Positions 1-7,978 of a DNA stretch of 29,411 nt are shown here, piece by piece. The position numbers and the translations under genes are program-made. The notes beneath the pieces are model-generated. The model did no database searches and was not told the DNA's origin. It worked only from the letters and a program-made list of their open reading frames with translations. Origin of the DNA: a bacterium (GTDB taxonomy: Bacteria > Hydrothermota > Tepidihabitantia > Tepidihabitantales > Tepidihabitantaceae); contig JAWOHE010000027.1 of NCBI GenBank assembly GCA_046485285.1, positions 1 through 29,411 of the forward strand. The letters run 5' to 3'. How positions within the stretch are numbered: the stretch's first letter is position 1; the number at the start of each line of letters is the position of its first letter.

Positions 1-75
1 GATTGAGAAACAACCGCTCAACAATGCAAAACTGAGGATAGCCAAGAGAATGATAATAATGTGTTTCTTATTCAT
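1..75 (-). CDS. Lipoprotein, N-terminal fragment (gene runs off left edge)
   Basis: Not in the ORF track. Minus strand from ATG 75 (alternative ATG 81) reads MNKKHIIIILLAILSFALLSG-CFSI: basic N-region, hydrophobic H-region and lipobox LSGC. AT-rich relative to the window. Confidence 0.75.
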   Translation of the reverse strand, partial: MNKKHIIIILLAILSFALLSGCFSI

Positions 76-115
76 GTGCATGACTTCACAATTTTCATTA
101 ACCCAATCTCCTCCC

Positions 116-323
116 CCTACCGTTCCCCCAACCGTCTGCCCTACCGTTCCCCCTACCGTTACCCCAACCGTATTCCCTACGGCTACCCCTACCGCTACCC
201 CTACCGTAGGGCTAACGGTTACCCCAACTGTAGGGCTAACCGTTCCCCCTACCGTTCCCCCTACCGTTCCCCGTACGGTACCCCCTAGGGTAGGGGGTAC
301 GGTAGGGGGTATGGGGGAGGGGG
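116..323. repeat. Degenerate 12-bp tandem array (consensus CCTACCGTTCCC, about 16-17 units) ending in an inverted, G-rich segment
   Basis: In-phase units from 116: cctaccgttccc, ccaaccgtctgc, cctaccgttccc, cctaccgttacc, ccaaccgtattc, cctacggctacc, cctaccgctacc, cctaccgtaggg, ctaacggttacc, ccaactgtaggg, ctaaccgttccc, cctaccgttccc x2, cgtacggtaccc, cctagggtaggg, ggtacggtaggg, ggtatgggggag. Confidence 0.95.
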
Positions 324-379
324 TAAATTCAGAGGTGAATGAAGTGCTGATTTTTCAACCGATTGCAACGATTCCCTGA

Positions 380-408
380 TTGACCGAGTCGTTAGTTTCT
401 ACTAACAT
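380..408 (+). promoter_or_regulatory. Putative sigma70 promoter, leaderless, for the HTH ORF
   Basis: TTGACC (380-385), 17 bp, TAACAT (403-408), 5 nt, ATG 414. Confidence 0.6.
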
Positions 409-413
409 AGGTT

Positions 414-704
414 ATGGACAGTAATGCGAAGGTGGCCGGCTTTGGACCGGGAGAGATGGTTGCGCCGGGTGCGGCGTTATGCGGGTTGCGGCGGCGGGCC
501 GGGCTGAGTCTCGTCGAGCTGGCGCACCTGGTGGGCCGCGAGCTTGGCTTCTGTTCGCACCTCAGCCGGCTTGAGCACGGCCGGTTGCGGCGCCCGACGC
601 CGGGGCTGATTGCCGATTACCTGCGGGCCTGCGGCGCGCTGCGCGCAGGCGGCCCGGCGGCATCTAACAGGCGTGAGCCGAGCACCGACGCGGGGAGAGG
701 TTGA
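414..704 (+). CDS. XRE-family helix-turn-helix protein, possibly truncated
   Basis: GAALCGLRRRAGLSLVELAHLVG...SHLSRLEHGRLRRPT...IADYLRACG matches the Cro/C1 XRE pattern (L..LR...GLS..ELA...G......SRLE.G...P). The tail after about 640 is low-complexity. Confidence 0.7.
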   Translation: MDSNAKVAGFGPGEMVAPGAALCGLRRRAGLSLVELAHLVGRELGFCSHLSRLEHGRLRRPTPGLIADYLRACGALRAGGPAASNRREPSTDAGRG

Positions 705-784
705 AACACCGAGACGCGGAGTGGGGGCGGTGGGCATTCCCGTTTCGCGCTGACGCATACGAGGTCCGGGCCACCGGCCGTGCC

Positions 785-813
785 TTGCCTTGTCCCGGCC
801 GCGGGGATATACT
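785..813 (+). promoter_or_regulatory. Putative sigma70 promoter, leaderless, for the rmlA-polA-wecB chain
   Basis: TTGCCT (785-790), 17 bp, TATACT (808-813), 7 nt, ATG 821; no SD sequence. Confidence 0.7.
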
Positions 814-820
814 GACCGCT

Positions 821-1555
821 ATGAAAGGTATAGTGCTGGCCGGCGGGATGGGGACGCGACTCCTGCCGCTGACGAAGATAACCAACAAGCATCTCCTACC
901 GGTGTACGACCGGCCGATGGTCTACTACCCGATTGAGAAGCTGGTCGAGGCCGGGGTGAGCGAGCTGATGCTGGTGACCGGCGGCGAGAGCGCCGGCGAT
1001 TTCCTGCGCCTGCTCGGGAACGGCCGGGAGTTCGGCCTGCGGCGCATCCACTACACCTACCAGGAGGGCTCGGGTGGGATCGCCGCGGCGCTGGCGCTGG
1101 CCGAGGATTTCGCCGAGGGCGACCGGGTGATGGTCGTGCTGGGCGACAACCTGTTCGAGGACAGCCTCGCGCCGTTCGCGGAGCGGTTCGCCGCCCAGGC
1201 GCGGGGCGCGCGGATCCTGCTCAAGGAGGTGCCGGACCCGGAGCGGTTCGGCGTCGCGACGGTGCAGGACGGGCGGGTTGTCCGAATCGTCGAGAAGCCG
1301 GAGAAGCCGGCGAGCCGGCTCGCGGTGACCGGCTGTTACGCCTACGACGCCCGGGTCTTCGACATCGTCAGCAGGCTCAGGCCCTCGGCGCGTGGCGAGC
1401 TGGAAATCACCGACGTCAACAACGCGTACCTCGACGAGGGCACACTCGAGTACGACGTCCTGTCGGGCTGGTGGCAGGACGCCGGTTCCTCATTCGAGGC
1501 CTACGCCCGGGCCCAGAGGCTGGCCCGGGAACTGCGGCGCGGCGCCGGGGCGTGA
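821..1555 (+). CDS. rmlA: Glucose-1-phosphate thymidylyltransferase (short RmlA/SpsI type), 244 aa
   Basis: MKGIVLAGGMGTRLLPLT..TNKHLLPVYDRPM, LGDN, EKP and PSARGELEITD motifs. Start moved from 701 to ATG 821. Confidence 0.88.
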   Translation: MKGIVLAGGMGTRLLPLTKITNKHLLPVYDRPMVYYPIEKLVEAGVSELMLVTGGESAGDFLRLLGNGREFGLRRIHYTYQEGSGGIAAALALAEDFAEGDRVMVVLGDNLFEDSLAPFAERFAAQARGARILLKEVPDPERFGVATVQDGRVVRIVEKPEKPASRLAVTGCYAYDARVFDIVSRLRPSARGELEITDVNNAYLDEGTLEYDVLSGWWQDAGSSFEAYARAQRLARELRRGAGA

Positions 1556-4014
1556 AGCCGCGGCTGCTGCTCGTTGACGGCCACTCGGTGGCCTACCGGA
1601 GCTATTTCGCGTTCGTCCGCGACCCCCTGCGCAACTCCCGCGGCCAGAACACCTCGGCAGTGTTCGGGTTCGCCAACACCCTGCGCAAGCTGCTCGACGA
1701 GCTCGCGCCGACGCACTGCGCGGTCGCCTTCGACGCGCCCGGGCCGACGTTCCGTCACGAGCGGTTCGGCGACTACAAGCTCCAGCGGCCGCCGACGCCG
1801 GCCGAGCTGGCCGAGCAGTTGCCGATCGTCAAGCGGATGGTCGCGGCGTGGGGAATCCGGGCCTGCGAGGTGCCGGGCGTGGAGGCGGACGACGTGCTCG
1901 GGACACTGGCGCGGTCCGCGGCCGGGCAGGGCCTCGAGGTCACGATCGCCAGTTCGGACAAGGACCTGCTTCAGCTCGTCGGCCCGGGCATCACGGTCCT
2001 TGACCCGTGGTCGGGGAAGGCCTACGGGCCGGCCGAGGTGCGCGAGAAGCTCGGGGTCGGGCCGGAGCAGGTGGCCGACTACCTGGCGCTGGCCGGCGAC
2101 TCGAGCGACAACGTGCCCGGGGTGCCGGGCATCGGGCCGAAGCGGGCGAGGGTCCTGCTCGAACGGCACGGCGGGCTCGATTGCGTCCTTGCCGGCGAGC
2201 CGAAGCTGGCCGGGCACCGCGAGCTGGCCGAGCTGAGCCGCGAGTTGGTCCGGATTGACGACCGGGTCCGGCTCGACGTCACGGTCGGCGACCTCGCGCT
2301 GGGCGAGCGGGATGTCGATGCCCTGCGCGGGTTGTTCGAGGAACTGGAGTTCCGGAAGCTGGTCCAGGAGCTGAGCCCGGTCGCGGCGGCGACCACCGTC
2401 GAGCCGCTGGACAGGGTGCGGGTCGAGTCGGCGGCGAAGGTCGCGGTCGCCCGGGACGCGGAGGGCGGCTGGGCGGTCGCGGTCGGCACAGGCGGCGCGA
2501 TGGCGGTGCCGGCCGACGCCGGGGCCTGGCTCGCCGGGGTGCTGGCGCGGCCCGGGGCGCTGAAGGTCGGCTGGGGGCTCAAGGAGTTGCTGCGCGAGGC
2601 CGAGCTGGCCGGGCCGCTGTTCGACGCCGGCGTCGCGGCGTGGCTCGCGGACCCGAACCGAGGGAGCTACGACCCCGCGGCGGTCGCCGAGCAGGCACTG
2701 GGCCGGGCGGCCGGCGGCGCGGCCGCGGCCGAGCTGGCCCGGACCGCGTTCGACGTCGAGGCGGCGCTCGGGCCGGAGATTGACGCGGCCGGCCTGCGCG
2801 CGGTCCTCGACGAGATCGAGATGCCGCTCCTGCCGGTGCTCGCGCGGATGGAGCGGCGCGGGGTGAGGATCGACATCGACCATTTCCGGGAGCTCGAGGC
2901 GGAACTGGGCACGGAGATCGCCGGGCTCGAGCGCGAAATCCACGAGCTCGCCGGGGCCGGGTTCAACGTCGCCTCTCCGCGCCAGCTCGGCGAGGTGCTG
3001 TTCGAGCGGCTGGGGCTGGCGCGGGGCCGGCGGACGAAGACCGGGTTCTCGACGAACTCGGCGGTGCTGGCCGGGCTGGCCGACGCGCATCCGGTCGTGC
3101 CGAAGGTGCTCCGGTTCCGGGAGTTGAGCAAGCTCAAGGGGACCTACCTGAGCCCGCTCATCGAGTGCGCGGACCCGGCCAGCCACCGGATTCACACGAC
3201 ATTCAACCAGACCGGTGCAGCCACCGGCCGGCTTTCGTCGTCGAACCCGAATCTGCAGAGCATACCGATCCGGAGCGAGCTCGGGCACCGGATCCGGGCC
3301 GGCTTCGTCGCCGACGCGGGGATGGCGCTGGTCTCGGCCGACTACTCGCAGGTCGAGCTGCGGGTGCTCGCGCACCTGTCGGGCGACGAGGCGCTCCGGC
3401 GGGCGTTCGCGGCGGGCGAGGACATCCACGTCCAGACCGCGGCGACGGTCTTCCACCTCGAACCGGGCGAAGTCACCCCGGAGCATCGCCGGCTGGCGAA
3501 GGTCGTCAATTACGGGCTGATCTACGGAATGGGCGACTATGGACTCGCTTCGCGGATGGGAATGCCGCTCGAGGAGGCCCGGGCATTCCTCGACTCGTAC
3601 ATGGCGAGCTTTGCGGGCGTCGCGGACTGGCGGGAGCGGGTCGTCGCCGAGGCGCTAGAGCGCGGGCAGGTGCGGACCATCGCCGGCCGGGTACGGCCGG
3701 TCGCCGCCATCGCGAGCCGGAACCGGAACGTCGCGGACGCGGCGAGCCGGGCGGCAATCAACGCGCCGGTCCAGGGGTCGGCGGCGGACATCATCAAACG
3801 GGCGATGGTCAGGGTTGACGAGCGCCTTGAAAGCGAGAGAATCGAACCCGGCATGCTGCTCCAGGTTCACGACGAGCTGCTCTTCGAGGTCGCCGAGCGC
3901 GACGTCGAACGGGCCCGCGCGCTCGTCCGCGATGAGATGGAGTCGGCGTGGCGGCTCGACGTCCCGCTGGTCGCCGAGGTCGGCAGCGGCAGGAACTGGG
4001 ATGAGGCGCACTAG
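1552..4014 (+). CDS. polA: DNA polymerase I, 820 aa
   Basis: 5'-3' exonuclease motifs (LVDGHS..YR, EADD, SDKDL, GDSSDNVPGVPGIGPK); motif A SADYSQVELR, motif B RRLAKVVNYGLIYG, motif C QVHDELLFE. GTG 1552 overlaps the rmlA stop (GTGA). Confidence 0.97.
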   Translation: MKPRLLLVDGHSVAYRSYFAFVRDPLRNSRGQNTSAVFGFANTLRKLLDELAPTHCAVAFDAPGPTFRHERFGDYKLQRPPTPAELAEQLPIVKRMVAAWGIRACEVPGVEADDVLGTLARSAAGQGLEVTIASSDKDLLQLVGPGITVLDPWSGKAYGPAEVREKLGVGPEQVADYLALAGDSSDNVPGVPGIGPKRARVLLERHGGLDCVLAGEPKLAGHRELAELSRELVRIDDRVRLDVTVGDLALGERDVDALRGLFEELEFRKLVQELSPVAAATTVEPLDRVRVESAAKVAVARDAEGGWAVAVGTGGAMAVPADAGAWLAGVLARPGALKVGWGLKELLREAELAGPLFDAGVAAWLADPNRGSYDPAAVAEQALGRAAGGAAAAELARTAFDVEAALGPEIDAAGLRAVLDEIEMPLLPVLARMERRGVRIDIDHFRELEAELGTEIAGLEREIHELAGAGFNVASPRQLGEVLFERLGLARGRRTKTGFSTNSAVLAGLADAHPVVPKVLRFRELSKLKGTYLSPLIECADPASHRIHTTFNQTGAATGRLSSSNPNLQSIPIRSELGHRIRAGFVADAGMALVSADYSQVELRVLAHLSGDEALRRAFAAGEDIHVQTAATVFHLEPGEVTPEHRRLAKVVNYGLIYGMGDYGLASRMGMPLEEARAFLDSYMASFAGVADWRERVVAEALERGQVRTIAGRVRPVAAIASRNRNVADAASRAAINAPVQGSAADIIKRAMVRVDERLESERIEPGMLLQVHDELLFEVAERDVERARALVRDEMESAWRLDVPLVAEVGSGRNWDEAH

Positions 4015-5137
4015 CCGGCGGAAGGTCCTGCTTGCGTTCGGGACGCGGCCGGAGGCGATCAAGCTAGCGCCGGTCATCAAGGAACTCGAGCGGCAGGCGG
4101 ACCGGTTTCGGCCGGTCGTGCTCGTGACCGCCCAGCACCGCGGGATGCTCGACCAGGTGCTGGACGTGTTCGACATCCGGCCGGACCACGACCTCGACGT
4201 GATGAAGCCTGGGCAGACCCTCGCCGACGTGACCGTCCGCGTGCTCGCGGGCGTCGAGGCGGTGCTCGTGAAGGAGCGGCCCGACATCGTCCTGGTCCAG
4301 GGCGACACGACGAGCGCGTTCGTCTCGGCGCTGGCGGCGTACTACCAGCGCATCGCGGTCGGGCACGTCGAGGCCGGGCTCCGGACCGCCGACAAGTACT
4401 CGCCCTACCCGGAGGAGATGAACCGGCGGCTCGTCGGCGGGCTGGCCGACGTCCACTTCGCGCCGACGCCCCGGGCCCGGGACAACCTCCTGCGCGAGAA
4501 CGTCCCGGCCCGGAGCATCCGCGTCACCGGCAACACCGTCATCGATGCCCTGCTGATGACGCTCCGGAGTCCGAAGCCCTGGAGCGTCCCGGTCCTCGAC
4601 CGGATACCCGACGGGCAGCGGGTCGTGCTCGTGACCGCGCACCGGCGCGAGAGCTTCGGGCCCGGCTTCGAGCGGATCTGCCGGGCGCTGGCGAGGCTGG
4701 TCGAGCGGAACCCGGACGTCGAGGTCGTCTACCCGGTGCACCTGAACCCCAACGTCCGCGGCCCGGTGATGCGCCTGCTCGGCCGCCGGGCGCGGGTTCA
4801 CCTCATCGAGCCGGTCGAGTACCTGCCGTTCGCGCACCTGATGGAGCGCGCGTACATCATCCTGACCGATTCGGGCGGCATCCAGGAGGAGGCACCGGCG
4901 ATTGGCAAGCCGGTGCTGGTGATGCGGGACAAGACCGAGCGTCCCGAGGCGGTCGCGGCCGGGACCGCGCGGCTGGTCGGAACCGACGTCGACCGCATCG
5001 TCGGCGAGGCCGAGCGGCTGCTCAACTCCCCGCGCGCCCACGCCCGGATGGCCCGCGCCGCGAACCCGTTCGGCGACGGCCGGGCGGCGAGGCGGGTTGT
5101 CGTCACACTCGGACAGGCCGGGGGCGGTCGCCGATGA
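4001..5137 (+). CDS. wecB: UDP-N-acetylglucosamine 2-epimerase (non-hydrolysing), 378 aa
   Basis: FGTRPEAIK, VQGDT, HVEAGLRT, PEEMNR, TAHRRE, TDSGGIQEEAP, TERPE and NPFGDG motifs. ATG 4001 with AGGA upstream; overlaps polA by 14 nt. Confidence 0.95.
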   Translation: MRRTSRRKVLLAFGTRPEAIKLAPVIKELERQADRFRPVVLVTAQHRGMLDQVLDVFDIRPDHDLDVMKPGQTLADVTVRVLAGVEAVLVKERPDIVLVQGDTTSAFVSALAAYYQRIAVGHVEAGLRTADKYSPYPEEMNRRLVGGLADVHFAPTPRARDNLLRENVPARSIRVTGNTVIDALLMTLRSPKPWSVPVLDRIPDGQRVVLVTAHRRESFGPGFERICRALARLVERNPDVEVVYPVHLNPNVRGPVMRLLGRRARVHLIEPVEYLPFAHLMERAYIILTDSGGIQEEAPAIGKPVLVMRDKTERPEAVAAGTARLVGTDVDRIVGEAERLLNSPRAHARMARAANPFGDGRAARRVVVTLGQAGGGRR

Positions 5138-6657
5138 CTCGGGCCGGGCCGCGCCGGCCGCCCGCGCACCCGTTCCTAGTTGCGCTAGTCCCGGTGCTGG
5201 CGCTCTACCTCAACAACCTGGACCAGGTTGCGTTGGCCGACGTGCTCCTGCCGGGACTCTCGGCGCTGGCCATTGCGGCACTGGTCTACCTTGCCTGCGG
5301 GTTCGCCGTCAAGCCCGTGACGAAGGCTGCCGTGCTGGCGTCGGTGCTGATCTTCCTGTTTTTCACCTACGGGCACGTACGGATTGCCCTGAAGACGGCC
5401 TGGCCCCGACAGAGCAACCTGTCCGGCATTGTCCTCCTCGGGGCCGTCGTCGCGCTGATGGCCCTGGCTTTCTACGTCATCCGGCGGCAGGGGCGAACCA
5501 TGAAGCTGGCGAGCTCGGTGATGGATGTGGTCGCCGTGGTGATGGCGCTGACGCTGGTCGTGCCGGCCGTGTTCAGTGAGGTTCGGGCCACGGCGCTGTC
5601 GCGCGGGCACTCCGCGCCGCATCCGGAGCGGAGCGTCGCGATGCCCGGCACTGCGGGCGCCGGGGAGTTGCCGGACATCTACTTCGTCGTGCTTGACCGT
5701 TACCCGGGCCTCGAGACTGCTCGGGCGATATATGGCTTCGACAACCGGCCGTTCCTTGATTTCCTGCGCGAACGCGGGTTCTATGTTGCGGAGTCGAGCA
5801 GGTGCAACTACGCCCGTACTGATATGTCTCTCGCCACGACCCTGAACGCCGAGTATGTCGGCCCGGCGTATGACAGCATCGAGCCCCGCCTGCGCCGGAG
5901 ACTGCTGTACGAGCGCATCCAGGAGGGGTCGGTCTGGCGCCGCCTGAGGGAGGCCGGTTACCGCACACACCACCTAGGGACGTGGTGGCGGCCCACCCGG
6001 GCAAACCGCAGTGCCGATGTGAACGTCAACCACGGTCTGCTGTCCGAGTTCTTCATGGAGCTCTACAAGACGACACTGCTGTACCCGGTCGGGGCGATGC
6101 TCGACCTGGACTCGCACCGCGAGCAGTGGGTGCGCGAGCAGGTCAAGTTTGCATACCTGGACACTGCGGTGCTGACCAACGGCCCGGTCTTCGTGTTCGC
6201 CCACTTCCTGCTGCCGCACGAGCCCTACGTGTTCGCCCGGGACGGCAGCTACCAGGGAAGGCTCCGGCAGATGAAGGTCGGCGTCGAGGACGGGTTTGCC
6301 GGCCAGCTGGAGTACACCAACACGAGGCTGCGGAAATGGATCGGCCTCGTGCTCGACGATACCTCCCGGAAGTCCGTGATAGTCCTGCAGGCGGACGAAG
6401 GCCCTCACCCGCCGGAAAACTTCGCGGCGCGGGAGAGCTCGGTGACGCTCCGTGCGCGGCTCGAGATTCTCACGGCTTACCACTTCCCTGACTCCGACTA
6501 CTCGGCACTCTACCAGAGCATCAGCCCGGTCAACACATTCAGGGTATTGCTCGCGAAGCTGCTTGGAGACAGCACTCAACTGGTGCCTGACGCGTCGTTT
6601 GAGTGCGTTCGCGGACGATGGACTGCAGCGAACCAACAGGACATGGACCCGAACTGA
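5134..6657 (+). CDS. Membrane-anchored sulfatase-like / alkaline-phosphatase-superfamily protein
   Basis: About five N-terminal hydrophobic segments, then PDIYFVVLDRY, NYARTDMSL, FVFAHFLLPHEPY and IVLQADEG motifs. ATGA overlap with wecB. Confidence 0.65.
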   Translation: MTRAGPRRPPAHPFLVALVPVLALYLNNLDQVALADVLLPGLSALAIAALVYLACGFAVKPVTKAAVLASVLIFLFFTYGHVRIALKTAWPRQSNLSGIVLLGAVVALMALAFYVIRRQGRTMKLASSVMDVVAVVMALTLVVPAVFSEVRATALSRGHSAPHPERSVAMPGTAGAGELPDIYFVVLDRYPGLETARAIYGFDNRPFLDFLRERGFYVAESSRCNYARTDMSLATTLNAEYVGPAYDSIEPRLRRRLLYERIQEGSVWRRLREAGYRTHHLGTWWRPTRANRSADVNVNHGLLSEFFMELYKTTLLYPVGAMLDLDSHREQWVREQVKFAYLDTAVLTNGPVFVFAHFLLPHEPYVFARDGSYQGRLRQMKVGVEDGFAGQLEYTNTRLRKWIGLVLDDTSRKSVIVLQADEGPHPPENFAARESSVTLRARLEILTAYHFPDSDYSALYQSISPVNTFRVLLAKLLGDSTQLVPDASFECVRGRWTAANQQDMDPN

Positions 6658-6666
6658 GGGCGGGTA

Positions 6667-6694
6667 TTGACTCCATCGGGCGTCTCTCTAGACT
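6667..6694 (+). promoter_or_regulatory. Putative sigma70 promoter, near-leaderless, for the wzz-like operon
   Basis: TTGACT (6667-6672), 16 bp, TAGACT (6689-6694), 9 nt, ATG 6704. Confidence 0.55.
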
Positions 6695-6703
6695 GACTCC
6701 GTC

Positions 6704-7978
6704 ATGAGTCTGCCGGATGCCCTCGCAGTCTTGTTGCGCAGGAGGAAACTCATCCTGCTCAATACCGCAGTGCTTACAATCCTGGCGGTGATTGTGAGCC
6801 TCGTGCTTCCCCACAAGTATGCGGCTACCGCGCGTTTGCTACCCCCGCCCGAGGATGACCCTCTGGGCCTGACTGCCCAGCTCAGCCTCGGACTCAGCGG
6901 CCAGCTGGGCAGGCTGGGATCGACCATGCTGGGAGGGGGGACGTCGTCTGACCTGATGCTCGGGATACTGTCGAGCAACACGGTGATGGAGTCGGTTGCG
7001 GTTAAGTGCAGCGTCATCTCCAGGTACAGGATCAAGCGTGGGAGCCGGGAGGAGGCAGTCAGGGAACTGACGCGGATGACCGACCTGTCGGTCGGGGACG
7101 AGGGCATCGTTGCCATCACGGTCGAGGCGCGCAGGCCGGAGTGGGCCGCCGAGATGGCCAACTGCTATGTGAGCCAGCTCGACTTCTTCCTTCGAAACTC
7201 GAATATGAGTCGGGGAAGGAACATGCGGGTTTTTATGGAAGGCCGGCTTGCGGAAGTCATTCGAGGGGTGAGTAGCGCGCGCGAGTCACTGACTGCCTAT
7301 CAGACCCGAAGTGGCTTGGTGGCACCTGACGAGCAGCTGAGAGGCATGGTTGCCTCCTACGCTGAGTTGTATGCGGGGCTCCTGGCCAAACAAGTCGGTG
7401 TTCGCGTTTTCGAGACCCGGAGCTCGTCCGCGAATCCCTTCCTTGACGGGTTCCGCGCCGAGATAGCAACCTACGAGCGGCAGTTGGCCCGTCTGCATAA
7501 TGGCCGGCGAGCCGATGACAGGGGGTTGTTCGGTCTAACCCTCGACAGCCTGCCTGCTGTCACGGCCGAGTATCTGCGACGGTATGGCGAGTTCACGCTG
7601 CTTGAGGCAACACATGCAATGCTCAGCCAGCAACTTGAGCACGCCCGCATACTGGAGGCTAGGGATACACCGACAATCACGGTGTTGGATCATGCTGCTC
7701 CTCCCGAGCGTCGAAGCTTCCCCCGACGCTTCATCATCGTACTCGCTGCGCTGCTGTTCGGCCTTGTCGGGGGAGTCGCCTTTGCGCTCGTCGCCGAGTA
7801 CTTCGACCGGGTCAGAGACCTTCATCCCGATGAACACAGAGCTTGGGAGGATCTGCGTCGTCAGTGGGCAGTGGCTTGGGAGAATGTGACCCGTGTCCTG
7901 TCACTCCACAAGTGCCGCGGGGCAGACTTGGGCTCTCTCCCTCCTCGAGGGGGAGCAGACGACAAGAACAGCGACTGA
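6704..7978 (+). CDS. Polysaccharide co-polymerase / chain-length determinant (Wzz/GumC-like, no kinase domain)
   Basis: N-terminal TM with LP..YAATA.LLPP, a coiled-coil periplasmic region, and C-terminal VLDHAAPPERRSFPRR plus TM. No Walker motifs. Confidence 0.85.
   Translation: MSLPDALAVLLRRRKLILLNTAVLTILAVIVSLVLPHKYAATARLLPPPEDDPLGLTAQLSLGLSGQLGRLGSTMLGGGTSSDLMLGILSSNTVMESVAVKCSVISRYRIKRGSREEAVRELTRMTDLSVGDEGIVAITVEARRPEWAAEMANCYVSQLDFFLRNSNMSRGRNMRVFMEGRLAEVIRGVSSARESLTAYQTRSGLVAPDEQLRGMVASYAELYAGLLAKQVGVRVFETRSSSANPFLDGFRAEIATYERQLARLHNGRRADDRGLFGLTLDSLPAVTAEYLRRYGEFTLLEATHAMLSQQLEHARILEARDTPTITVLDHAAPPERRSFPRRFIIVLAALLFGLVGGVAFALVAEYFDRVRDLHPDEHRAWEDLRRQWAVAWENVTRVLSLHKCRGADLGSLPPRGGADDKNSD

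Noticed and set aside
116-323. CRISPR array
   Set aside because: Units are 12 bp and contiguous, with no unique spacers and no cas genes in the window.
50-379. ORFs 50..379 (PTVP repeats) and 61..288 (PYRS repeats) as real genes
   Set aside because: They are open because the repeat lacks stops, have no SD or promoter, and overlap the lipoprotein start on the opposite strand. Not formally excluded.
701-820. ORF-track N-terminal extensions (rmlA from 701; also polA 1471, wecB 3815, wzx 7843, porin 12048, rubrerythrin 20121, AOS 23484, beta-2 27251)
   Set aside because: Family motifs, overlaps, SD sites or promoters place the true starts downstream, so these are not fusions.
2400-2800. Degenerate 3'-5' exonuclease domain of PolA as a novelty
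   Set aside because: The acidic Exo motifs look absent, but inactive proofreading domains are common in bacterial Pol I (Taq, Bacillus).
1501-3486. 661-aa antisense ORF, and similar long ORFs at 4064-5041, 15889-17292, 17126-18502, 20429-21733, 23414-24889, 24754-26094 and 26091-27806
   Set aside because: Shadow frames of well-supported genes in high-GC DNA; Arg/Pro/Gly-rich with no recognisable motifs.
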